From positions 5,217-69,216 of the forward strand of contig JAYSSR010000073.1 of the NCBI GenBank assembly GCA_043720395.1: a stretch of DNA of 64,000 nucleotides, written 5' to 3'. How positions within the stretch are numbered: the first letter of the stretch is position 1; the number at the start of each line of letters is the position of its first letter. The position numbers were made by a program, and so were the translations under genes. Under the pieces are notes generated by a model. The model saw nothing but the letters and a program-made list of their open reading frames with translations. It was not told where the DNA came from and made no database searches. Source of the stretch: Acidimicrobiia bacterium (GTDB lineage: Bacteria > Actinomycetota > Acidimicrobiia > Acidimicrobiales > JANYDT01). Shown in pieces: positions 48,453-56,779 of this stretch.

Positions 48453-48827
48453 TCAGCGGTACGGGTCATCCTCGCCGAATGGGTAGGCCCACCACGCCTC
48501 CGGCGTCGGGTCGGGGGTCTCGTCAACCACAATGCAGTCGACCGGGCACACCGGTGGCAGGCACTTGCCGCATCCGGAGCAAAGCTCGGAGATGATGACG
48601 ACGTCCATGCCGTGGTTGAAGATTGCCCCGAACTGTGGAGGGCAGTGCCGCAGGCAGGTATCGCAATTAATGCAGGTCGACATGTCGATCCGCAACGCCG
48701 GGTTCTTCCATTTCGGGTTGCGGACGCGTCCCTGTACCCGACCAGAGCGATTCAAGGCGTTCGACGGGTTCGACGGGTTCGACGGGTTCGACGGGTTCGA
48801 CGGGTCCGAGCTTGCTTCTTCAGCCAT
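48453..48827 (-). CDS. 2x[4Fe-4S] ferredoxin with N-terminal (PSN)5 repeat (alternative start 48875)
   Basis: CINCDTCLRHCP and CSGCGKCLPPVCPVDC cluster motifs. N-terminus MAEEASSDPSNPSNPSNPSNPSN. Confidence 0.8.
   Translation of the reverse strand: MAEEASSDPSNPSNPSNPSNPSNALNRSGRVQGRVRNPKWKNPALRIDMSTCINCDTCLRHCPPQFGAIFNHGMDVVIISELCSGCGKCLPPVCPVDCIVVDETPDPTPEAWWAYPFGEDDPYR
48761..48805 (-). repeat. Five perfect tandem 9-bp units (tcgacgggt) in the ferredoxin 5' region
   Basis: Read directly. Encodes PSNPSNPSNPSNPSN on the minus strand. Confidence 0.9.
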
Positions 48828-48873
48828 CGCCGCAAACCCTACGGCTGCCGCAGCGGCGGTAGCGTCAGCGTCC

Positions 48874-49284
48874 ATGGCTAAGCACGCGTTCCTCAGTGAG
48901 AAATGGATCCGCGACGCTCGCAAGATCCGCGACCAGCACCTCGGCGAGGTCGCAGCGCCCCCCTCGATACGAATGAACCTCGTGGTAACCGGTGTCCCGT
49001 TCGGTGACGATCCGCTCCATGCCCACGTGGACACGACGTCAGGATCGCTTGATCTCGATCATGGACATCTCGACCGGCCCGACGTCACGGTGTCAACCGA
49101 CTACGCGACGAGTCGGGCACTCTTCGTTGGACAGGACGGTGCTGCCGCGATGGCAGCGTTCATGGAAGGGCGCATTCGCGTGCAGGGTGACCTCATCAAG
49201 TTGATGGCGCTTCAGATGGGGACACCATCTGATGCCTCGACGCGTGCGGTCTCCGAGGCCATCCGCGACATCACCGCCGATTAA
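48874..49284 (+). CDS. SCP2 (sterol-carrier-like) domain protein
   Basis: MAKHAFLSEKWIRDARKI...ALFVGQDGAAAMAAFMEGRIRVQGDLIKLMALQ is an SCP2-type C-terminal pattern. Confidence 0.75.
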   Translation: MAKHAFLSEKWIRDARKIRDQHLGEVAAPPSIRMNLVVTGVPFGDDPLHAHVDTTSGSLDLDHGHLDRPDVTVSTDYATSRALFVGQDGAAAMAAFMEGRIRVQGDLIKLMALQMGTPSDASTRAVSEAIRDITAD

Positions 49285-49394
49285 TTAACCAGACACGTTC
49301 GGGAGCGAGACCAGCGCGCTGGGTCAAGCTTGCGGCCAAAACGGACGATGTCATGAGGGCGCACGCCGACACGGCGGGCGCGAGGACGCCCTGA

Positions 49395-50114
49395 TTGACA
49401 CACATGTCCCATGACCGCACCATGTCCGGTGACCGACCAGCAGCAGTCGTGTCCGGCATCGCTTCCATCACCGCGGCCCCGATCGATGTCGCGCTCCGCA
49501 TCGCCGGAAACGTGCGAATCCTGACGCATCGCCACCTCCTCGGCGATCTCCTCAGTGCAACGCTGTCGGCTCGACCTGTCGGCGATGGTCCGATTGCCGT
49601 CACCCTGATCGACGGGGACCTACCGACCGGTAATGACACCGTCGGGCAACTCGTCGCCGACGCTCGAGATCGGTCACAGGCCGTCGCTGTGGTGTTTTGC
49701 CCCTCAACGCCCCACGCTGCGGCCCGCTGGATCGAACTCGGCGTCAACGCGGTGATCATGCCGGATGCGACGGCCGACGAGCTTCGCCGTGCGGTCGATC
49801 GGCTCTCGCACGGCGAAGAGGTCCTCGGAATAGCGGTCCGTGAAGGTCTGCTGGCGCAGCTTCGCTCTCATCGACGCGACCGTGCCGGCCGCGATCAGGG
49901 GTACCAGCTCCTCACCACTCGCGAGCGTGACGTCCTTCATCGACTTGCGATGGGGACGTCGCCGGAAGACATCGCGCGTACGAGCTTCGTCTCGATGAAC
50001 ACGGTGCGCAGCCACATCAAGAACGTGCTGACCAAGCTCGGCGTCGGTTCGGTTGCTGCGGCGGTATCGCTGGCGCATCGATCGAACTGGTTCGACCACA
50101 CCGCCGATGCCTGA
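49395..50114 (+). CDS. LuxR/NarL-type transcriptional regulator with atypical receiver-like N-terminal domain
   Basis: C-terminal HTH: LTTRERDVLHRLAMGTSPEDIARTSFVSMNTVRSHIKNVLTKLG. The receiver-like domain lacks the usual N-terminal acidic pair. Confidence 0.8.
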   Translation: MTHMSHDRTMSGDRPAAVVSGIASITAAPIDVALRIAGNVRILTHRHLLGDLLSATLSARPVGDGPIAVTLIDGDLPTGNDTVGQLVADARDRSQAVAVVFCPSTPHAAARWIELGVNAVIMPDATADELRRAVDRLSHGEEVLGIAVREGLLAQLRSHRRDRAGRDQGYQLLTTRERDVLHRLAMGTSPEDIARTSFVSMNTVRSHIKNVLTKLGVGSVAAAVSLAHRSNWFDHTADA

Positions 50115-50224
50115 ACGAATCCGAGGGATACCCGCAGGAAGTTCAGTTCCGAACCTAAAGACCGCCTCAGGGCGCGTCGATAGCCCCAGCAACTTCGTCC
50201 GCTCTCGATTGGGAGAAACCTCGC

Positions 50225-51307
50225 GTGAACCGCCGCAAACTTATTGGGCTGATTGCTTCACTGGTCGCCGCCGCCATTGGCACATTTGCCATTCTCCAAT
50301 ACTCGAAGGGAAAACCCGCGCCCGTCGTTGCTCCACCCGAGCCGACCGTGACGATCCTTCAGGTGTCCAAGAACATCCCGAAGGGGACCCCGGCAGCATT
50401 GCTGACCGACTACGTCACCCCTATTCAGGTGCCAGCGAGCACCAGGACACCCAACGACGCCGAGGCGATCTCCGAACTCCAAGACCTTGTCGCCAACAGT
50501 GACATGTACGCCGGCGACCACCTCAGCAAACTCAGGTTCTCGACGCCCACGCAGGTTGTTGGCGAAACGGCATCGTCCAACGGTGCTGCCGGTACCGAGG
50601 TATCGGATCCGAACAATGGACTGATCGGGGTGTGGATGAATATCGACTCGATCCGAGCGCTGAACGGCAACATCGTGCCCGGCAAGACCAAAGTTGCCGT
50701 GTTCGCCGTGTTCCCACCGGGGATCCCGGGCACCGGCGGCGATCCAACGGCTGCGGTCCCGTCGAATCATCTCCTTATGCATCACGTTCCGATCCTCGAC
50801 GTGTGGCCGCCCATTGGCACCGTTATTGCCCCGACGACAACGCTCGCTCCAGCCCCGGGCACACCCACGGTTCCACCAATCCCGCCAACTCCGGTCATCC
50901 AAGTGAAGCTCGGCGTCGACGCACCTTCGGCCGAACGGCTCATCTATGCGATTGTCAACGGGTCGGTGTACCTCGGCGAAGAGTCCGACGCGTCGCCGGC
51001 GGATGCGCCAACAAAGATCGTCGAGCGCAGCAATGTCTATGTGGCAACGCCTCCGGTCATACCGAAGAAGCCGGTAATCGTCAGCCCTGACGCCTCCACC
51101 TCAGCCCCGGATGCCACATCGGCCGGAACGTCTGCCGTCGCCCCGACCACCACCCTTGTCGGGAAGACAACAACGCCAACCAAGTTGAAACCTGCCGCAG
51201 TCGTTCCGGCCACGGCAGTGACGCTCGTCCCGGGGACCGTCGCAAAGCCCACGCCGGCCGACCCCCTGACCGCAGCGGCGAAGACCCCCGTCGTCGCGAA
51301 CCAGTGA
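50225..51307 (+). CDS. cpaB: Flp pilus assembly protein CpaB/RcpC-like (SAF domain) with long Pro/Thr-rich C-terminal extension
   Basis: N-terminal TM (LIGLIASLVAAAIGTFAIL), then ILQVSKNIPKGTP SAF-like region. Lies directly upstream of cpaE/cpaF. GTG start. Confidence 0.8.
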   Translation: MNRRKLIGLIASLVAAAIGTFAILQYSKGKPAPVVAPPEPTVTILQVSKNIPKGTPAALLTDYVTPIQVPASTRTPNDAEAISELQDLVANSDMYAGDHLSKLRFSTPTQVVGETASSNGAAGTEVSDPNNGLIGVWMNIDSIRALNGNIVPGKTKVAVFAVFPPGIPGTGGDPTAAVPSNHLLMHHVPILDVWPPIGTVIAPTTTLAPAPGTPTVPPIPPTPVIQVKLGVDAPSAERLIYAIVNGSVYLGEESDASPADAPTKIVERSNVYVATPPVIPKKPVIVSPDASTSAPDATSAGTSAVAPTTTLVGKTTTPTKLKPAAVVPATAVTLVPGTVAKPTPADPLTAAAKTPVVANQ

Positions 51308-51376
51308 CACCTTGAGTCCATCACCCTTTGGGCAAGCACGACCCGAGCCCGTCACACCCCGAGCGGAGAACACACC

Positions 51377-52654
51377 GTGAGTGACACACAGCAACACGCA
51401 ACCATTGAAGGCGACACCGCCACCTCGCACGACCGCGACATCCCGAAAGACCAGGGCGACGTTGCCCTCGTGGCATCGGTCGTGCCATTCGAGCAGATGA
51501 TCCGGCGGCTGCTGACGGCCAACGGGGGACCTCGAATGCACCGCTGGCCGGCGCAGGGCGAGATGCCCGGTGCCGAGAGCATGGGCGTCGCATTCATTGG
51601 TCCTGACCTCGAGGTCGACTCGATGGCGGCACGCGCCGAACAGATCAATCGCACGCATCCCGGCGTCTATCTGGTACTCGTCTCTGACCCGCGTCCGGGA
51701 CTCTTCGAGCGGGCACTTCGATCAGGCGTTCGAGACGTTGTCTCGCCGAGCGCACCCGACGAAGCCGTCATCGACGTCCTCCGTCGCGGCTTTGAACACG
51801 CCAGCCGTTGGCGTGCTGCGTTGCCGCAGGTGCCAGCCCATGGAACCACGCTCGACGGGCGCCGCAAACGAGTGATTACGGTGCTGTCCCCCAAGGGCGG
51901 GGTCGGCAAGACCTTCACGGCCACGAACCTTGCCATGGCGCTCAATATGCACGAACCGGGCAAAGTCGCCGTCCTCGATCTGGACCTTCAGTTCGGCGAC
52001 GTCGCCGGAGCGATGCACCTCAGTCCTGAACATACGATCGCAGACGCGTCAAGAAGCACCATGGGTGCCCAGTCGCAGACCATGAGCTCGATGGTGAAGG
52101 TGTTTCTCACACCTCATGAATCGGGCATCTATGTGATGTGTGGACCGGAGGACCCGGCCGAAGCCGACGAGGTCTCCTACGACCAGTCGACGGCAATCAC
52201 AAAGGCGCTCTCGAATGCATTTGAGTACGTCGTCGTCGATACATGCGCCGGCCTCGATCCTCACGCTTTGGCGGTGAGTGAATTGTCGACTGATCTGGTC
52301 TTTGTGTGTTCGGTCGATGTCTCGAGCGTCCGTTCGTTGCGACGAGAACTTGATGCACTTGACCGCCTTGGCATGACACATCAGCAACGTCATTTCGTGC
52401 TGAACCGCTTTGACGCACCCGGAGGCGCGCGGCCCGAGGACGTTGAAACGGCGGTAGGAATGAGAGCGTCCGTCATGATTCCAGGTGATCGCAACGTGCT
52501 CGCCGCCGCGAACCAAGGCATTCCGATCACCGTTGCCGACCCGAAGTCCGCAATCTCGAAAAAGTTCATGGCCTTCACCGAAACATTCACCGGCATCGAG
52601 TCGACAACGCTGCAACAAAAGACGCGGATGGCGTTCTGGAAGCGGTCACGATGA
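51377..52654 (+). CDS. cpaE: CpaE/TadZ-like ParA/MinD-family ATPase with pseudo-receiver N-domain
   Basis: Deviant Walker A VLSPKGGVGKTFTATNLA and DLDLQFGDV. Stop overlaps the cpaF start (ATGA). Confidence 0.85.
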   Translation: MSDTQQHATIEGDTATSHDRDIPKDQGDVALVASVVPFEQMIRRLLTANGGPRMHRWPAQGEMPGAESMGVAFIGPDLEVDSMAARAEQINRTHPGVYLVLVSDPRPGLFERALRSGVRDVVSPSAPDEAVIDVLRRGFEHASRWRAALPQVPAHGTTLDGRRKRVITVLSPKGGVGKTFTATNLAMALNMHEPGKVAVLDLDLQFGDVAGAMHLSPEHTIADASRSTMGAQSQTMSSMVKVFLTPHESGIYVMCGPEDPAEADEVSYDQSTAITKALSNAFEYVVVDTCAGLDPHALAVSELSTDLVFVCSVDVSSVRSLRRELDALDRLGMTHQQRHFVLNRFDAPGGARPEDVETAVGMRASVMIPGDRNVLAAANQGIPITVADPKSAISKKFMAFTETFTGIESTTLQQKTRMAFWKRSR

Positions 52655-54132
52655 AGCTCGGACAGCGGCTGAAAGTCCAGCAGAACGGGGAGGCAACCGA
52701 AGCTCCCAGCCCGGTTCAGACTCCGACGTCCGCACATGAAGACGCATGGAAGATGGCATCCACGGCACCGGTCGACGAGGTCGCGGTCAATACCGGTCCT
52801 CGACTTCTCGCTGTACAGAAGAAGGAAGAAGAGAAGACCATCCTTTCTCCAATCCAGGCGCTGAAGGAACGGCTTCACGAGCATCTCATGGAGAAGCTCG
52901 GCGGCAAACTTTTCGACACCGGCCAGGGCGACCGCGAGATGCGAGCCACCGTCGTCGACATGATCACGCAGCTCCTCAGTCAGGAGTCCGTTCCGCTTTC
53001 CGTCGACGAACGCCACACCCTCGTGGCTGAAATCACGGACGACGTCCTCGGCCACGGCCCGATCGACCGCCACCTCAAGGACCCAACCGTGTCTGAGGTC
53101 ATGGTCATGGGCACAACGCCGATCTATGTCGAGAAGAACGGGAAACTCACCCGTACGACCGACCGATTCGTTTCTCAGGAACAGCTGCGACGCGTGATCG
53201 AGCGAATCGTCGCCAACGTCGGACGTCGAATCGACGAGTCCTCGCCGATGGTTGATGCGCGCCTCCTTGATGGCTCACGTGTCAACGCCGTGATTCCACC
53301 GCTCGCTGTGGACGGTGCAGCATTGACCATTCGAAAGTTCTCCCGCGACCCGTTGCAGATCCACCACCTGATCGAGAAGGGTTCGCTGACTCCGGAGGCT
53401 GCGCAGCTGTTGGCGGCGTGTGTCGCTGGTCGGCTCAACATCCTCGTCTCGGGCGGCACCGGTACCGGCAAGACGACGATGCTGAACATCCTCTCGGGCT
53501 TCATCCCGCCCGACGAACGGATCGTCACGATCGAAGACGCCGTCGAGCTTCAGCTCAGACAGCCACATATCGTCCGTCTTGAAACCCGCCCACCCAATAT
53601 CGAGGGCAAGGGTGCTGTCACGATTCGCGATCTCGTGAAGAACTCGCTGCGTATGCGTCCGGATCGTGTTGTCATTGGGGAGTGTCGCGGTGGCGAGGCC
53701 CTCGACATGCTCCAGGCCATGAATACCGGACACGATGGCTCGCTCTCAACGATTCACGCCAACACCCCCCGCGACGGCATTGCTCGCCTTGAGACCCTCG
53801 TACTCATGGCCGGCTTTGACCTCCCATCACTCGCCATCCGTCAGCAGATTGCGTCCGCAGTGGACCTTTTCGTCCAGATCGCCCGCTTCCGCGATGGGGG
53901 GAGGCGCGTCGTTTCGATCACTGAGGTCGAAGGCATGGAGGGCAATACCATCACGCTCTCCGACATCTTTGCGTTCGATCACTCAGCAGGCATCGACGCT
54001 AGCGGCAAGCATCTCGGTCGGCTCAAGCCAACAGGTATACGCCCGAAATTCGCAGAAAAGCTCGCCGATCATGGGATCGCTTTGCCAGCGGACATGTTCG
54101 GCACTCCCGACCTGCTCATTGGAAGGCGCTGA
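52651..54132 (+). CDS. cpaF: CpaF/TadA secretion ATPase
   Basis: Walker [12 protein letters not shown], Asp box, Walker [13 protein letters not shown] and His box [12 protein letters not shown]. Confidence 0.93.
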   Translation: MKLGQRLKVQQNGEATEAPSPVQTPTSAHEDAWKMASTAPVDEVAVNTGPRLLAVQKKEEEKTILSPIQALKERLHEHLMEKLGGKLFDTGQGDREMRATVVDMITQLLSQESVPLSVDERHTLVAEITDDVLGHGPIDRHLKDPTVSEVMVMGTTPIYVEKNGKLTRTTDRFVSQEQLRRVIERIVANVGRRIDESSPMVDARLLDGSRVNAVIPPLAVDGAALTIRKFSRDPLQIHHLIEKGSLTPEAAQLLAACVAGRLNILVSGGTGTGKTTMLNILSGFIPPDERIVTIEDAVELQLRQPHIVRLETRPPNIEGKGAVTIRDLVKNSLRMRPDRVVIGECRGGEALDMLQAMNTGHDGSLSTIHANTPRDGIARLETLVLMAGFDLPSLAIRQQIASAVDLFVQIARFRDGGRRVVSITEVEGMEGNTITLSDIFAFDHSAGIDASGKHLGRLKPTGIRPKFAEKLADHGIALPADMFGTPDLLIGRR

Positions 54133-54138
54133 CCAACA

Positions 54139-55818
54139 ATGGCGATTTCGCTACCACGTCCGCGTTCGGCGGCGCATGCCGCGCGGATCGCATGCCTCCT
54201 CCTCCTCACCGTTGCCACCTTTGCCTTCACGGTATTTTCAAATGGACCCAGCGACGCGGCCACCACTCCGACAACGATTCCGGCTGCGCCGACCGCCGAC
54301 CTCGACGTCGTTCTGCTCATCGATACATCGAACCAAATGCTCGGTGCGCCGCTAGCGACAGCGCAAGGTATTGCGACCTCCTACATCTCAGCGATGCCCC
54401 CTGAAGTGCGGGTCGGGGTCGTTACGTACGGTCAATTCCCGACAAGCATGTATCGGTTGTCGGTGAACAGAACCGGATCTGTTGGTGCGGTCGGCGCAAT
54501 TTCAGCAGAAGGAAACGCAGCCGTCTACGACGGACTCACCTTCGCTGCGGACCAATTTGATATTGAAACGAGCTCGAGGCGACAGATCGTCGTCATTGGT
54601 TCTGGAACCGATCAGGGCAGTGATTTGAGTGCGGATGCCGCCGTGAGCGTTCTGCGGCAAAGAAGTATTCGGGTCGATTCGATACGCATCGACACGCCCG
54701 GGGCCATCGGCTCCGCAGCTGATGACCTGGCGGTTAAAACCGGAGGAAGTCGCACACAGTGGTCCGATAAAACGGCGCTGGTCGACCTCGTACGTCGGAC
54801 ACTTGCCTGGTCGGTGCCCATTGTGAAACCGGTACCGGTCGTGGTGGTGCCGCCAACGAAGTCGCTCTTCGAGAACAAGCTCGTGCTTGGTGTCGGTGCC
54901 CTGCTCTTCTTTGCCGGCCTGACCTTTGTGCTGTTGGCCGTTACGGCACCCAGACAGAAGAAGGTGAACTTCGCAGGGATCACGGAAGTCGAGAGCAAGC
55001 GATCCGGGTCGACGCCTATGGCGGGTATCGCAGAACGCCTCACGGGTGCGGCCGATAAGGTACTCGAACGACAAACTCGAACCCGAGGCCTGAATGTCAC
55101 CCTGGAACGAGCAGGTATCAACCTCCGGCCCGGTGAGTTTTTGATCGTCGCAGCATGCGTACTCCTTGCCATCTTTGCAATCCTCTCGTGGATGAAAGGA
55201 ATGCGCATTGCGGGGGCAATTACTGCGGTCCTTGTGGTCTTGGGACCGCGCAAATATGTCCGACGAAAGGCCGCCAAGCGCAGCATGGCCTTTGGCGATC
55301 AACTCAGCGACACGCTGCAGCTACTTTCGTCGAGTCTCCGAGCCGGACAGGGACTTATGCAGGCCATCGACTCCGTGGCAAAGGAGGGGGATGCTCCGGC
55401 GTGTGATGAGTTCCGGCGAGTAGTGACAGAAACCCGCCTCGGGCGAGATTTGATCGACTCCTTGCGGGCCATGGCCGACCGTATCCAGTCGGAAGACTTC
55501 AACTGGGTCATCCCAGCAATCGAAATCAATCGCGAAGTTGGCGGAGATCTAGCGGAAGTTCTCGACACGGTTGCTGGAACAATTCGCGACCGCGCTGACA
55601 TTCGCCGACAGGTAAAAACGCTCTCGGCTGAGGGCAGGCTATCGGCCTATGTGCTCCTGAGTCTCCCAGTGGGCATCGCAGCATTCATCAATTTCTCCAA
55701 CCCCTCCTATCTCGTGGAGTTGCGCACAAGTCCTGGCTACTACCTCGCTGGCATCGCCATTCTCGCGATGATCGTCGGCGGCGTCTGGCTCTTCAAGCTT
55801 TGCAAGATTGAGTTCTAA
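54139..55818 (+). CDS. tadB: Fusion protein: secreted von Willebrand A-like domain + TadB (T2SS-F platform) domain
   Basis: Signal/TM, VVLLIDTSNQM (MIDAS-like) ...RQIVVIGSGTD VWA pattern in aa ~50-230, then a TM and the T2SSF pattern (FGDQLSDTLQLLSSSLRAGQGLMQAI...AEGRLSAYVL). Confidence 0.85.
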   Translation: MAISLPRPRSAAHAARIACLLLLTVATFAFTVFSNGPSDAATTPTTIPAAPTADLDVVLLIDTSNQMLGAPLATAQGIATSYISAMPPEVRVGVVTYGQFPTSMYRLSVNRTGSVGAVGAISAEGNAAVYDGLTFAADQFDIETSSRRQIVVIGSGTDQGSDLSADAAVSVLRQRSIRVDSIRIDTPGAIGSAADDLAVKTGGSRTQWSDKTALVDLVRRTLAWSVPIVKPVPVVVVPPTKSLFENKLVLGVGALLFFAGLTFVLLAVTAPRQKKVNFAGITEVESKRSGSTPMAGIAERLTGAADKVLERQTRTRGLNVTLERAGINLRPGEFLIVAACVLLAIFAILSWMKGMRIAGAITAVLVVLGPRKYVRRKAAKRSMAFGDQLSDTLQLLSSSLRAGQGLMQAIDSVAKEGDAPACDEFRRVVTETRLGRDLIDSLRAMADRIQSEDFNWVIPAIEINREVGGDLAEVLDTVAGTIRDRADIRRQVKTLSAEGRLSAYVLLSLPVGIAAFINFSNPSYLVELRTSPGYYLAGIAILAMIVGGVWLFKLCKIEF

Positions 55819-55827
55819 GGAACCCCC

Positions 55828-56739
55828 ATGGATCCGATTCTGATCATCGGTGCCGTCATCTTGATGGCGGCCATCCCGATCCTTGCCTGGACGTTTCTTG
55901 GCTCAAGCGACAAGGACCGAGTGACCCCTGCCGACCTTCTCGGGCCGGGCGTCGGTGCGTCGCTGGACCTTCGCGCGGCAAACCTCAGTCGACCAATTTA
56001 TGAACGTCTCTCACCACTCATTGTTCGTCTCCGGAAAGCCACTCCGAAGGGTTGGGCCGATCAGACCGAACAGCGAATACAAATGGCTGGGGTGTCGGCG
56101 AACTGGTCGGTCGAAAAGGTCCTCCTCATCAAGATCGTCGGGTCGATCGTTGGCGGCTTTCTCTCCTACACCTTCTACAAGAAGGGCTTCGATGTCGGGC
56201 TGGACAAGAACTTCATCGGAATGCTGCTCTGTGCACCGGTCGGTTTTTATGGTGCCGATCTTCAGCTCAAGAACAAGGCGGACAAACGTGCGGCAGAAAT
56301 CATGCTGTCGTTACCGGACATCCTCGACCAGATCACCATCGGCGTGGAGGCCGGGCTCGGGTTCGACTCCGCAATGGCCCGCTCGGCGAAGTCCAATCAG
56401 GGCGCACTAGCCGACGAGCTCGTACGCACGCTTCAGCATGTTCAGGCAGGACTCTCACGGGCCGAGGCGCTCCGTGGCCTCGCCAATCGCAACAAGGTTC
56501 CGGAACTTCGACAGTTCGTGTCCGCCATCCTCCAGGCAGAGCAATTCGGTATCCCGATGGCCCAGGTTCTCCGCGTCCAAGCGTCCGAACAACGCCGGAA
56601 ACGCCGGCAGCGCGCCGAGGAAAAGGCCATGAAACTGCCCGTGAAGGTGCTCTTCCCGCTCGTGCTCTGCATCCTTCCCGCCCTCTTCGTCGTGCTGGTC
56701 GGCCCGGCCGGGTTGCGCATCGCCAACGGCAAGTTTTAG
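55828..56739 (+). CDS. tadC: TadC (T2SS-F platform) protein
   Basis: LPDILDQITIGVEAGLGFDSAM...RQRAEEKAMKLPVKVLFPLVLCILPA is the typical TadC pattern. Confidence 0.85.
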   Translation: MDPILIIGAVILMAAIPILAWTFLGSSDKDRVTPADLLGPGVGASLDLRAANLSRPIYERLSPLIVRLRKATPKGWADQTEQRIQMAGVSANWSVEKVLLIKIVGSIVGGFLSYTFYKKGFDVGLDKNFIGMLLCAPVGFYGADLQLKNKADKRAAEIMLSLPDILDQITIGVEAGLGFDSAMARSAKSNQGALADELVRTLQHVQAGLSRAEALRGLANRNKVPELRQFVSAILQAEQFGIPMAQVLRVQASEQRRKRRQRAEEKAMKLPVKVLFPLVLCILPALFVVLVGPAGLRIANGKF

Positions 56740-56779
56740 CGCCCGCAAGCGGCAGTTCCGTTGCTGTCGCGGGTTCAGG

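Noticed and set aside
56741-56774. Imperfect hairpin in the 40-bp gap between the convergent tadC and PASTA-kinase genes as a bidirectional terminator.
   Set aside because: The stem needs a 4-nt bulge and two G-U pairs, and there is no U-tract on either strand. This is too weak to list as a feature.
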